Shown one piece after another: positions 1 through 10,292 of a stretch of 64,000 bases of DNA. The stretch comes from Candidatus Latescibacterota bacterium. Lineage in GTDB: Bacteria; Latescibacterota; UBA2968; UBA8231. The stretch lies in the NCBI GenBank assembly GCA_965243025.1, contig CBDETY010000003.1, positions 3,648,001 to 3,712,000 of the forward strand, read 5' to 3'. The notes under the pieces were generated by a model. That model saw only the letters and a program-made list of their open reading frames with translations, was not told where the DNA came from and did not search any database. Positions within the stretch are counted from its first letter, which is position 1, and every line of letters starts with the position of its first letter. Made by a program: the position numbers and the translations under genes.

Positions 1-2190
1 GCCATCACCGTGGGCAACGAAATCCGGACGACACTCACTCCGATGACCTTCTCGAAACCCCTGTTCAACGGCATTCAGTGGGACTTCGCCACCGACAAGT
101 ACGAGGCGACCCTGCTGCTGTCGCGCATCAGCGATCCGGATTCATTCGAGCTCGCCGGAGAAGCGCGGGAGGTCTCGGACAACACCAACCTGTTCGCCAC
201 TCGCGTCGAAGCACAGATAGGGGACTTCGTTACCGTTGGCGGCCATATCGTCAACGCCCATCACAGCAACTCGCGGTCCGAGGCGTTCAGCGGCGACATG
301 TTCAACGGCAACCTTCTCGGCGTGCAGAACGCAGGCCCTGTGAACAGCATCCAGGTGCTGATCAAGGACGACTCCCCGGAGGATGGCGTTTCCGGGGGCG
401 CGCTGTTCGCCAGCGACATTACCATCGTCGACCTGGAAGGCGACGAGACGCGCGGCAGCGAGATTGGATTCCGCGCGCTGACGGAGGGCGGCTTCCTGCG
501 CCGGGGTTTTCTGTCAGCGGACGGATCCGAGGTCATCCGCCTGGTGTTCGACTTCTCCCACGTCACCTACACCGGCCCGGACCCGAGCCGGATAAAAAAA
601 GCCCGGATCGAATTGGTGGTTGCCGACGACTACCTCATCGAGATCTCGTCCGACCGTCAGACCCGTTTCAACGGCGATCCGGCTTTTGTCGAAGTGGCGC
701 GCGCCAGGGGGAACGTGAAAGACGGGTCGAACCAGCGGGTGGTTGCCATCGATTACGGTCTGCCCACGGCGAACCAGATCTCGGGCTTCACCGTCGAGTT
801 GACCGACCTGGCCGGCTTCCGCGGGTACTCCGAATTCAACGTCAACAGGCAGGTTACGAAGTATCCCAACATCCGGCGGCGGCAGCACCGGGCTTCCAGA
901 GAGCAGGTGAGCGCCTGGGTGTTCAACCTCTCGAACACCAGCGGCCCCTGCTTCGCCTTCATCGAGGCGTTCCGGGTCAGTCCCCGTTACCGGACGAGTC
1001 TGATGACGGTCTCCGAGTCGGGCGCCATCGACTATGCGAACCGCCTCAACCTGTACGAGTTCGTCGACGACAACGACGATCAGGACCGGCGGCCGGACTG
1101 GGCAAGGAAAGGGTGGACGCGGGGCGACCAACGGATCTTCCCGGGGTGGGACGAAAACAACGACTTCATCTCCGACTTCAACCAGAACGACAACGATGTA
1201 ATACCGAATCGCGTTCCGGACTACGCCGAACCATTCCTGCGCTTTCACACCGACCACCCCGACTTCCTGTACGGCGTGGACATGAACCACAACCTGACAA
1301 TCGATCGGTTCGAAAACGACGAAGAGGCGGACCTGCCGTACAAGCGGGACCGGGTCGGGTACAACGCGTACGGCGGGGCGCAGATCAACCCGGAGGTTCG
1401 CTTCACCCTGGGCCAGGAACGGTTCCGCCAGATTTCAGACCAGAGGCGGACGTTGGCGACGTATCTGACGGTCCAGGCCGACTGGTATGCAACGGGCAGG
1501 ATCAGGCTGTTCCAGGACCTCCGCAAGGCGAAGGACACGATCGTCGACGACCTGTTGCAGTGGGTACAACTGCCGAATACGAGGGGAGACCTTGTGCCGG
1601 TAGCGGACATCCTGCCGGCGCAGAACACCTGGATCAACACGACGTGGGTCGGATACGAGCGGATACTGGCTCGTGGATTGAAGCTCGACAACAAGGCAAA
1701 GTGGAGCTTCTACCGCCAGCTGGACAGCGAACCCGATCTGATCCTGAGAAACACCCGGCGGCGTGCTTCGTTTCTGGGATTGATCAACAAAGCGGAGTAC
1801 GATCTGCGCGCGGGCGGGGTGTCGATCCGCCCGGCATTCAAGAACGAGTACCGGCGGCAAACTCCGGTTTCGCGTCTTCTGCCCAAACGGTTGGAAATGA
1901 GCCAGCTTGCGATGGCCCTCGGACGCGTGCCGCTCACGCTGCGCAGTTCCGTCGAGGGCGGAGTCGAGTACCACCGCTTCGCACAGCTCCTCGACCCGAC
2001 GCCCCCCGGAGCAGAGGACAGTTTCGGGGAACTCGTGCTGGCGTTGCAGCTTGTCAACCTGAGCCAGTACCTCGGCTACGAGCTCACCACGATCGCCGGT
2101 CTGCAGTTCAGCCGGCGGTCATTCGCGGCGAGAGATACCGAGAAACACACGCGCGGTTTTCTGACGGTTTTCGCGGGGGTGCAGCCGTGA
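1..2190 (+). CDS. Large putative outer-membrane beta-strand protein with acidic Ca-binding-like insert, paralog 1 (5' truncated by window edge)
   Basis: Frame is open from base 1 (AITVGNEIRTTLTPMTFSKP), matching internal AITLGNRIRTTLTPMTFSKP of 54438-57215. Shares DDSPED..GGA.LF, YEFVDDNDDQD..PDW, FPGWDENNDFISDFNQND and a C-terminal F.T.FAGV with both paralogs. Confidence 0.85.
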   Translation, partial: AITVGNEIRTTLTPMTFSKPLFNGIQWDFATDKYEATLLLSRISDPDSFELAGEAREVSDNTNLFATRVEAQIGDFVTVGGHIVNAHHSNSRSEAFSGDMFNGNLLGVQNAGPVNSIQVLIKDDSPEDGVSGGALFASDITIVDLEGDETRGSEIGFRALTEGGFLRRGFLSADGSEVIRLVFDFSHVTYTGPDPSRIKKARIELVVADDYLIEISSDRQTRFNGDPAFVEVARARGNVKDGSNQRVVAIDYGLPTANQISGFTVELTDLAGFRGYSEFNVNRQVTKYPNIRRRQHRASREQVSAWVFNLSNTSGPCFAFIEAFRVSPRYRTSLMTVSESGAIDYANRLNLYEFVDDNDDQDRRPDWARKGWTRGDQRIFPGWDENNDFISDFNQNDNDVIPNRVPDYAEPFLRFHTDHPDFLYGVDMNHNLTIDRFENDEEADLPYKRDRVGYNAYGGAQINPEVRFTLGQERFRQISDQRRTLATYLTVQADWYATGRIRLFQDLRKAKDTIVDDLLQWVQLPNTRGDLVPVADILPAQNTWINTTWVGYERILARGLKLDNKAKWSFYRQLDSEPDLILRNTRRRASFLGLINKAEYDLRAGGVSIRPAFKNEYRRQTPVSRLLPKRLEMSQLAMALGRVPLTLRSSVEGGVEYHRFAQLLDPTPPGAEDSFGELVLALQLVNLSQYLGYELTTIAGLQFSRRSFAARDTEKHTRGFLTVFAGVQP

Positions 2191-4057
2191 CCTTCGCCAA
2201 TCAACAGGTCTGGAGGAGCACTGGGTCAGACCCGGTTCTCGTCGGTTTTCTGTTTGTGTGTGCAGCCGCGATGCTGTCGTGCGGCGACGGCAGAACTCCC
2301 ATCGCGCCGCAAACGGATGCCGGGCCCGGGGCCGCCTTCGCCGACAGTTCCCTCGAAGGGGCGGTCCGGGCGGCCCTCGGCAAGCCGAGAGGCGGCATCG
2401 ACGAGGCCGAGCTGTCCTCGCTGTCCCGGCTGGACGCCGTGGACGGTTCCATCATCGATCTCGGCGGCATCGAGCAGCTGTCCAACCTGGAGGAGTTGCG
2501 ACTGGCTCACAACCAGATTGCCGATATCGCGCTTCTTGGGGGAATCAGTCGGCTTCGCATACTCGATCTCTCGCACAACCGCATCACCGACCTGTCGCCG
2601 CTGTCCGGACTGCCGGAGTTGACGCATCTGAACATGGACTTCAACCGGGTAAAGGACCTGTCGCCCCTCTCAGCGTTGCGGAAGCTGGAGGTGGTGAACC
2701 TCACCGGCAACCTGCTGACCGACGTGAGCGCGCTGGCGGAGCTGCCCGCCCTCGAGAGCGCAGAACTCTCGGGAAACCCCATCGGCAAGGATCTCGTTCT
2801 CCAGCAGCTCGAGTCCCTCTTGAAAAAGGGTGTCAGGATCACCTTCGAAACGCCCCTGAAGTCGGTTTCTTTCAGGGATCCCGCTCTCGAAGCGATCATC
2901 CGAAACGAACTGGACAAAGATCTGGGGGTGGTTACTCGGGAAGATCTGCGGAGCATCCGGTCTCTGCGCATCCCGGAGGGAGCGAAAGTGACCGACCTGA
3001 GCGGTCTCGAGCCATGCACGCACTGAACAGCCTCGCCATAGACAGCAATCCGGTCACCGACCTGGGGCCGCTTTCACAGTCGCTGGAGCTCAACAACCTG
3101 CGAATCGACAACACCCGGGTGGGTGATCTGACACCGCTGCGGGAGCTCGAAAAGCTTCGGGTTCTGCAAGTGAGCCGCAGCCGGGTTGTCAGCCTGTCCG
3201 GACTCGAGGGCCTGACCCGGCTCGGGTACCTTTCGCTGAGGGATAACGAGGTTGTCGACATCTCAACCCTGAGTGAGTTGCGAACTCTTGCCACGATCGA
3301 TCTTGCGGGCAACAGGATCGAAGGCTTGTCCCCGCTTGCCAACCTCTTCGACCTGGAGATCCTCGATCTGTCCCGCAATCGCATCGAGTCCATCGAAGGG
3401 CTCCGGGAAGTGACGGGCCTGCTCGTTCTCGATCTCTCCCATAACTACATCGTCGACATCTCGACGGTGGCCGAACTGGAATCCCTCGGCACCCTCCGTC
3501 TCGGATCGAACAGAATCGAGGACATGAGCCCCTTGAAAGAGAACCTGCCGGCGGTTCTGGACGTGTCCGACAACGACTTGGACAACATCGAGTTTCTCAG
3601 GACACATCCTCAGAGGGATTTGATCGAGCTGGACATCTCGCACAACAGCTTGCGCGACCTGACGCCGCTGCAGGACTTCGCGCAAATACGGAACCTGGAT
3701 TTCAGTCACAACGAAATCAGCGACATAAGCGTACTGGCAACTCTGCGGGTGCCGGCGCGGACCAACAGTTTGCGCTTTACGGGCAACTTCGTGTCGGACT
3801 TGTCGCCGATCGCTCACATGACACGGCTGACAGTACTGGAGTTCTCCTTCAACGAAGTCGCGGACTTGTCCCCCCTTGCCAACCTTGCAAGACTTCGAAG
3901 CATGGTCGCTCAAGGAAACCTCATCGAAGATCTGGCGCCCTTGCTCGGCATCGAGTCGCTCGAGCGCGTAGACGTTGCCCGGAACCCACTGACGAGCGAC
4001 GACGCAAGCAGGCAGATTGCCGCTCTGCGGGAGCAGGGGGTCGAGGTTCTGTTCTGA
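2187..4057 (+). pseudogene. Internalin-like leucine-rich-repeat lipoprotein split by a single-base frameshift near 3020 (real pseudogene or sequencing error)
   Basis: GTG 2187 overlaps the upstream TGA. Hydrophobic leader ends in lipobox-like MLSC. Cap motifs FADSSLEGAVRAAL and FRDPALEAIIRNEL, and LxxLxLxxNxIxDLxPL repeats, run to TGA 3026 and continue in the other frame to 4057. Confidence 0.8.
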
Positions 4058-5955
4058 TGGATGACAAGGTGCGGACCGTGCGAGTCGTTCTCCGAAGGGG
4101 TTGCAAGATGATGGCGGTTTGTAGCTGTCGGACACGGCCGGTGCTGATATCGGCCGCGCTGGGGTTCCCGGCTCTCCTCCAGGCGGCGGAGATTTTCAGT
4201 ATCGGCGACGGGAACCTCGGCTGGTCGCGGGCGCGAGAGAGTTCATCGGGCGTTGCCGTTTCCGCCGATTCCGTCTGGCTCTGGTCCGTGCAGCCGCGCC
4301 AGAACATCGTTCCCACGCTTCAAGCGCGCCGAGGCCGGGTGCTCGCGGAAGTCGAAAGGCAAATCTTTCCTGGACAGTTCGGGCCTGCGCTCGCTGTCCG
4401 GCCCGGATTGTCCAACATGGTCGACGGCGATCCGGCGACCGTGTGGAACCCGGATGACGATGAGGAGGTGAGCCGCAGGGCACGACTTTACGTCGACCTG
4501 GGAGCGAGCTTCGGTGTCAACAGGATGCGCCTTTTCCCCCGCCTCGACGGGGAACATCGATCGCTTTTTCTCGGGCGTTTTCAGATCGGCGTCAATGACG
4601 GCACCGCCCCGGGGGCCATGTTGTCCCTGGCATACGATCCTGTTGCGCGGTTCGGGCAGTTCAGGGCCAACAAATCACCGGTCATCGACGTCAGCTTTCC
4701 GTCCCGCCCGGTCCGCTACATCCTGTTGGCGTCGGATGAGAGCGAGCCGTGGGAGCTCGCCGAGCTCGAAGTCTATTCTGACGGTACCCTGCCGAGAGGT
4801 GAGTTCGTATCGGACCCGTTCTTCATTCGCGGAGCCTTCCCGGTATGGGGGCAGGTGCTGGTCAACGGCGGTGACGCGGCGAGCTCGCCCGTAATCATCC
4901 AGACCCGCACAGGTCCGGATCCTGAGCCCGTCCATTACTTCATCAGACGCGGTGACGAGCACGAGAGAGCCACAAGAGACGGGTACTTCAACATATCGAA
5001 TTCCCCAGGGACCATCGAGATCGAACAGGGCCCTGTCCTTCCCAACCCCGGTTGGAGCCAGTGGGAGACAGTTGCAGACGGCATCATGCGCTCTCCCGGA
5101 CCGAGGCGGTACCTGCAGTTCAGACTGTTCCTCAGCACTCCCGGCTTCAGCGTGCGCCGGCTCGACTTCGAGTACGAATCGCTGCCGATCGCCGACGACC
5201 TGATTGCCGAGGTGAGTCCGGTTTCGGTTGAGGCGGGAGTGGAAACTCGATTTTCACTGTCACTGGAGGTGCAGGTCGACCAGCGCCGCGGAGATACCGG
5301 ATTCAGGCGCATGGAAGTGCTGACTCCGGCGCTCGTTCACCGGATTGCCGAGGTGCGGGTAAACGACCTTCCCGTGGTCCACACCGCGCGCATACGGCCC
5401 CATCGTGGATTCGACATCGACCTCTGGCGGCGCGTTGTCCAGGCCGGCAGCTTTGTGCAGATAGATTTCATGGCGACGGTATTCCGCGACGGCACGCTGT
5501 TCGACGTCCGGGCGAGCGACGTGCGGCCTGGAGCGGACGGCATTGAAGAAGTTTACCAGCCCGCGCGGGCCGGAGATGCCGATCCGGTTTCGCTCGGGGG
5601 TCAACTCCATGTGCGCACCCTTCAGAAAGACGCCGGTCTCGTTCAGCGTGTGTCACCGTTCAACGCCTTGTTTACGCCTGACGGCGATGGCGTGAACGAC
5701 GAATTCGAGGTGTCTTACAACCTGCTGAAAATCAGCCAAGCGCGACCGGTGTTGTTCGAGATTTTCGACCTGTCGGGAAACCTCGTCCGGTCAGGGTACG
5801 CGGGTAACGATGCCAGTGGTCGATTCACGCGAGTCTGGGACGGTCTCGACGAAAATGGGAACCGCGTGCCAGTCGGGGTTTACTATTTTCGGATCGAAGT
5901 CGAGACGGACGCAGTGACGGCGACAACGGGCGGCGTGGTGGGTGTAGCCTACTGA
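4057..5955 (+). CDS. Secreted discoidin-like/FlgD(CHU_C)-tail protein, paralog 1
   Basis: Signal-like segment ending ALLQA-A. Motifs VDGDPATVW, YVDLG, WELAELEVYSDG, IQTRTG, SPGPRRYLQFR, FTPDGDGVND, IFDLSGNLVR, WDGLDENG..VPVGVY; ends VGVAY. ATG overlaps the LRR stop; true start may be 4108/4111. Confidence 0.85.
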   Translation: MDDKVRTVRVVLRRGCKMMAVCSCRTRPVLISAALGFPALLQAAEIFSIGDGNLGWSRARESSSGVAVSADSVWLWSVQPRQNIVPTLQARRGRVLAEVERQIFPGQFGPALAVRPGLSNMVDGDPATVWNPDDDEEVSRRARLYVDLGASFGVNRMRLFPRLDGEHRSLFLGRFQIGVNDGTAPGAMLSLAYDPVARFGQFRANKSPVIDVSFPSRPVRYILLASDESEPWELAELEVYSDGTLPRGEFVSDPFFIRGAFPVWGQVLVNGGDAASSPVIIQTRTGPDPEPVHYFIRRGDEHERATRDGYFNISNSPGTIEIEQGPVLPNPGWSQWETVADGIMRSPGPRRYLQFRLFLSTPGFSVRRLDFEYESLPIADDLIAEVSPVSVEAGVETRFSLSLEVQVDQRRGDTGFRRMEVLTPALVHRIAEVRVNDLPVVHTARIRPHRGFDIDLWRRVVQAGSFVQIDFMATVFRDGTLFDVRASDVRPGADGIEEVYQPARAGDADPVSLGGQLHVRTLQKDAGLVQRVSPFNALFTPDGDGVNDEFEVSYNLLKISQARPVLFEIFDLSGNLVRSGYAGNDASGRFTRVWDGLDENGNRVPVGVYYFRIEVETDAVTATTGGVVGVAY

Positions 5956-6022
5956 TCGATAGTCCAACCTGGTTCGCGGAAAGTTGACCCTGTTGCGGTG
6001 ACCTGGTGGGACTGCCATTCCC

Positions 6023-7657
6023 CTACCCCAGGTCCAGCTCCACCTTCTCGATGCTGATCCCCTCGCCGCCTTCCTCGAGCTTCACCGTCAGCAGGTTCTC
6101 GCCGCTCGCCAGCGCCGCGCCGGCTACCGGATACACCAGCCAGCCCTCGTCGACCGCGGCCAGGCGCAGGCGGATGTTGTTGAAGCGGACCTCCAGGCGC
6201 CCGGCGGTCCCCCTCGACATCGCAACGGTGTAGAGGCCGTCCCCCCAGACGTAGGGATTGCGCCGGATCAGCCCGCTGCCGACCCGGTGTTCCTCCGGGC
6301 CGTCCTCGGCCTCGTCCGATGCCAGCAGGCGCAGCCGCGCCTCGCAACTGCCCAGGCTTTTCGCCGGTTCGCCGACGTACAGCTTGAAATAGGTCGCCCC
6401 CCTGCCGTGCCGCCCCAGCCGCGCCGGCAGCGGAGATAGCGCATTGGCATTCTGGAAGGCGTGGGTGACGGTAATCCCGTCCTCGGGGTAGCCAAACTCC
6501 CAGGGGGCCCCGCCGGAGCGCCGCTGCAGGGCGAAGGTCTTCTTCTTTCCCGCCAGCTTATCCGGATCATCCGCCTCCGACAGGAAGGTCCGGTTCGTGT
6601 CCCAGTCCTGCAGGTGGCAGGGGCTCACCGGCTTCGGGCGCAGTCCGGCCTCTTCCACGGCGCGGTCGTCGGAGCACCGGAAGTTGAAGACGGCGATGCC
6701 ATCGGCCCCCTGGCGCCACCACTTCGAGGCCAGTCCGCGCAGCACGGGCAGCGGCGTGCACTTGTACCCGTCCGACGAATGGTGGTTGTCGTGGCACGGG
6801 TACACCTTCACCCGATCCGAACCGGGGAGCCGCTTGAACGCGGCGATGTCGACGTCGAACGAGCGCGCCCCCGCGATCAGCAGATCGACCAGCCCTTCCC
6901 GCACCCAGGTCTCGATGTCGATGCCGTCGAAGCGGCACCCCTCGATGGACTCGGCGACGCGCGCCGCCAGCAGCAGCGGCCGCCCCCGTTCCACCGCCCA
7001 CCGCCGCATCATCATCTCGCGCACCTCGCGCATGAACCGGGTGAGCTCGCCGCGCAGCTCCCACTGGTGGCCGACCCGCAGGAAAGGGGCGCCCCGGGCG
7101 AAATCGAGCTGCAGCCCGTCGACGTCGTAGCCGGCCAGCTCGCCCAGCACCCCGAGCTGGAAAGCGCGCACCTCGGGGTTGGCGTAGTCGAGCTTCTTCA
7201 TGCTGACCTCGCCGTCCAGCCGCGGCAGCTCGAGCCGCGGCGGCTTCTCCGGATCCTCCTCGAAGTCGACGAGCCACTCCCTGCTGCCGCGCATCGGCGC
7301 CAGGTCGTAATTGGGGTCCTGGCCGGCGTTGACGCGGAACGACAGGAACACTTCGAGCCCGCGCTGCCGCGAAAGGGACACGACGTCCGGCAGGAAGTCG
7401 TTGCCGGCGTCGAGCCACTCCTTCAGGGCCGGGTAGTGGGGCAGGAACCTGCTCGGGTAGCAGGCCATGGCCCCGTCGACGTCCCACATCACCGAGTCGA
7501 AGCGGAACTCCTCCCACCGGGTGAAGTCGAGCACCACCTCGGCGAACTCCCGCGGGGGCAGCAGCGATGGCCGGTAGTTGAAGAAGGCCGGGTCGTTGTG
7601 GTTCAGCAGCCGGCGCGGGCGGGCCACGCAGTCCTCGTGCTCTTTTTCCAGATTCAT
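6023..7657 (-). CDS. Glycoside hydrolase-like TIM-barrel protein (GHL10/DUF187-like)
   Basis: LDYANPEVR, YDVDGLQLDFAR, LAARV, GIDIETWVREGLVD, GADGIAVFNF motifs; high-GC coding pattern. Confidence 0.7.
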   Translation of the reverse strand: MNLEKEHEDCVARPRRLLNHNDPAFFNYRPSLLPPREFAEVVLDFTRWEEFRFDSVMWDVDGAMACYPSRFLPHYPALKEWLDAGNDFLPDVVSLSRQRGLEVFLSFRVNAGQDPNYDLAPMRGSREWLVDFEEDPEKPPRLELPRLDGEVSMKKLDYANPEVRAFQLGVLGELAGYDVDGLQLDFARGAPFLRVGHQWELRGELTRFMREVREMMMRRWAVERGRPLLLAARVAESIEGCRFDGIDIETWVREGLVDLLIAGARSFDVDIAAFKRLPGSDRVKVYPCHDNHHSSDGYKCTPLPVLRGLASKWWRQGADGIAVFNFRCSDDRAVEEAGLRPKPVSPCHLQDWDTNRTFLSEADDPDKLAGKKKTFALQRRSGGAPWEFGYPEDGITVTHAFQNANALSPLPARLGRHGRGATYFKLYVGEPAKSLGSCEARLRLLASDEAEDGPEEHRVGSGLIRRNPYVWGDGLYTVAMSRGTAGRLEVRFNNIRLRLAAVDEGWLVYPVAGAALASGENLLTVKLEEGGEGISIEKVELDLG

Positions 7658-7872
7658 CTTTTTGCCATGTCCTCGTCAGCTGCCGCGGTTGCGGCTCTGC
7701 CCGGGATTCTCCCCCGGTTTTTCATGCTTTCAGGCCTCTTTGCGACCTGGGTGGAAGTTACTGCCGACCTCTTCCGGAGTCTCCCGTTTCGCCGCCAGGA
7801 TGGAATTCAACCGCCGATGATACAACCTTAGTAACCCATGCTGTCCAAAGGGAGACGGATTCTTCCGGGAGA

Positions 7873-8958
7873 ATGAAAATGAAAGTCACCGGGATCGAAC
7901 GGATCGATATCGACATGCCCTACCAGGAGCAGGTCGTCGAGCACCTGCGCAGGGGCTGGGGCCTCGGCAACAGGGCCACGGACGAGGAGTTCGCCTCTGA
8001 GCGGGAGCGCTTCGAACGGGAATTCCGCGGCAGCGTGCCGCCGCGGGTGCGAACGGCGCTGTACCTCGTCCACACCGACGACGGCCTGACCGGACTCGGA
8101 GAAGGGGCGACCCTGGACGCGGATCAGCTCGCCGGGTACGAGGGCCGTTCCCCCTTCGAGTACATCAACGACGACGGCCCCGGCCCGCTGCAGATCGCCT
8201 TCTACGACCTCATGGGGCAGGCAGTCGGGCTGCCGCTGGCCCGTCTCCTCGGACCGGCGCGTGACACCGCCCCGCTCGCCTGGTGGTCGCACTGCTTCCC
8301 ACCCGAGGTGCTGCAGAAGGAGGCGGAGCGCGCCCTGGCCGCCGGCTACCGCGTCCACAAGTTCAAGCGCCGCGCCCACACCGACGTCGTCGAGCAGGTC
8401 GCCGCCATCGCCGAGGTTGCGCCCGAGGAGTACGAAATCACCGTCGACGCCAACCAGACCTTCGGCACTCTCGAGCGCGCCCTCGACATCGGGGGCCGGT
8501 TGCGGCGCTTCCCCCAGGTCCACTGCCTCGAGTCGCCGATCGACCAGGGGGATATCGACGGGTACCGCCGCCTCAAGGCCGAGCTCGGGTTCAAGCTCGC
8601 CCATCACATGGGCTCCCCGGAGGCGGTCGAGGCCCTGCACTCCGGGGCCTACGACTACTTCATCATCGGCGCCCAGGCCGCCGCGACGCAGCGCGACGCC
8701 CACGTCTGCGGGGCCCGCGACAAGCCGTTCTGGATGCAGCTCGGCAACGACGGCACCGGCATCTCGACGCTGTTCATGCTGCACCTTGCCGCGGCGATTC
8801 CCAACGCCGTTCTCGGGCACGTGTCGATGCAGCACCTGCACGAGGCTTCCATCCTGAACGAAGAGATCCTCGTCAGGGACGGGCAGGTGGCGATTCCCGC
8901 TGCTCCGGGACTCGGCGCAACCCTGAACATGGAGGTAGTCGATCGCTACCGGGTGTGA
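7873..8958 (+). CDS. Mandelate racemase/muconate lactonizing (enolase superfamily) enzyme
   Basis: VHTDDGLTGLGE, IAFYDLMGQAVGLP..LLG, KxK (HKFKR), VDANQ, ESP, C-terminal PAAPGLG. Confidence 0.85.
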   Translation: MKMKVTGIERIDIDMPYQEQVVEHLRRGWGLGNRATDEEFASERERFEREFRGSVPPRVRTALYLVHTDDGLTGLGEGATLDADQLAGYEGRSPFEYINDDGPGPLQIAFYDLMGQAVGLPLARLLGPARDTAPLAWWSHCFPPEVLQKEAERALAAGYRVHKFKRRAHTDVVEQVAAIAEVAPEEYEITVDANQTFGTLERALDIGGRLRRFPQVHCLESPIDQGDIDGYRRLKAELGFKLAHHMGSPEAVEALHSGAYDYFIIGAQAAATQRDAHVCGARDKPFWMQLGNDGTGISTLFMLHLAAAIPNAVLGHVSMQHLHEASILNEEILVRDGQVAIPAAPGLGATLNMEVVDRYRV

Positions 8959-9018
8959 TCCGGGGCGGGGATCGTTCGGGGGCACGAAGGAAATTCTCGA
9001 GACCACAGGAGAGAAACG

Positions 9019-10161
9019 ATGAAGCACACCGTAATTCTGAGAGAAGAGGGCCGCTACAACTGCTTCCCGGTGCTGCACCAGCTCGCCGGAGGGCGGCTCG
9101 CCATCGGCTGCATCTCCTCCCCCGTGGGGGATCACATGGCGATGGCGGACTGGCCGGTGTTCGCGTCGTCGGACAACGGCGAGACCTGGGTCCGATCCGA
9201 CGACCCGGCCCTGCCGCCGAACTGGCCCGGCAGCACCCCCCGCGAGCAGTACGACCGCCTCTGCGGAGTCCTGCCGGACGGCACCTGGATGGCGGTCGCC
9301 TCGGTCGGGTACGAGTGCTGGGACCCGTCGCGCCGGGCCGAGGCCGAAGCCCGGGGGCTGGAGATCCACGAGGACGACATCGTGCGCGGGCTGCTCCCGG
9401 GAAAGCTGGTGGTGGCCGGCCACCGCCTGTCGGTGATCCGCTCCCGGGACCGGGGCGCCACCTGGGAGCGGCGCACCTGGACGGTGCCGGGGTACGCCTC
9501 CCTGACCGGCTTTCCGCGCGGCACCGTTCTCGAGGACGGAACCTGGCTGTTTCCGGTCTACACCCAGGGAAGCGACGGCGGGGACGGCCTCGTTTTCCGC
9601 TCGAGCGACAACGGAGAGACCTGGCGCCTGCACCGCTGCGTGCCAGGGGTGGGCAACGAATGGGCCCTGATCGAGGCGGCCCCCGGAAAGGTGCTGGGCC
9701 ACATACGCCACGCCTGCGGCTGGGGCAATCCCCCGCAGACCCGTATCTACTCCCTCGAGGTATGGTCGGAAGACGGCGGCGTCACCTGGACGCACCCGGT
9801 GGAGACCTCCTTCCAGGGGTACCCCAACCACCTGCTCAGGCTGAGGGACGGACGCATCCTCTGCACTTACGGGTACCGGCTGCAACCGATGGGAGTGCGC
9901 GCCCTGATCAGCGAGGACGGAGGCGCCACCTGGGACCTCGAGCACGAGTACGTACTGCGCGACGACGGGGGCACGGTGTCGAACGATTGGCCCGCGGAGA
10001 TGCGCGCCCGACCCGGGTTCGCTGCCGCGGACGTGGGCTACCCGGTCTCGGCCGAGCTCGACGACGGCAGGATCCTCACCGCCTACTACATCACCCCTGC
10101 CGACGGGACCACCCACGTGGCGGTGACCCACTGGCACCCGGACGAGGACCGGCCTGCCTGA
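9019..10161 (+). CDS. Sialidase-family/BNR (Asp-box) repeat protein
   Basis: Five Asp-boxes (SSDNGETW x2, SRDRGATW, SEDGGVTW, SEDGGATW), DVGYP, LDDGRILTAYY; AGGAG RBS. Confidence 0.85.
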   Translation: MKHTVILREEGRYNCFPVLHQLAGGRLAIGCISSPVGDHMAMADWPVFASSDNGETWVRSDDPALPPNWPGSTPREQYDRLCGVLPDGTWMAVASVGYECWDPSRRAEAEARGLEIHEDDIVRGLLPGKLVVAGHRLSVIRSRDRGATWERRTWTVPGYASLTGFPRGTVLEDGTWLFPVYTQGSDGGDGLVFRSSDNGETWRLHRCVPGVGNEWALIEAAPGKVLGHIRHACGWGNPPQTRIYSLEVWSEDGGVTWTHPVETSFQGYPNHLLRLRDGRILCTYGYRLQPMGVRALISEDGGATWDLEHEYVLRDDGGTVSNDWPAEMRARPGFAAADVGYPVSAELDDGRILTAYYITPADGTTHVAVTHWHPDEDRPA

Positions 10162-10292
10162 CCCGAGAGCTCGCCGGCGCCGCCAACTTCTCGATCACTC
10201 CGATTGAGCCTGCTTCGCCTCCCCGCCTCGGTGCGGCCGGAGCCACAGGCTGTCGTGAAGCATCCTGAACCAGTCGTCCAAGGAAAACGACA

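Noticed and set aside
78-2186. N-terminal 700 aa of the 982-aa ORF 78-3026
   Set aside because: Alternate frame of the large OM-type gene; only the part from GTG 2187 is LRR-coding.
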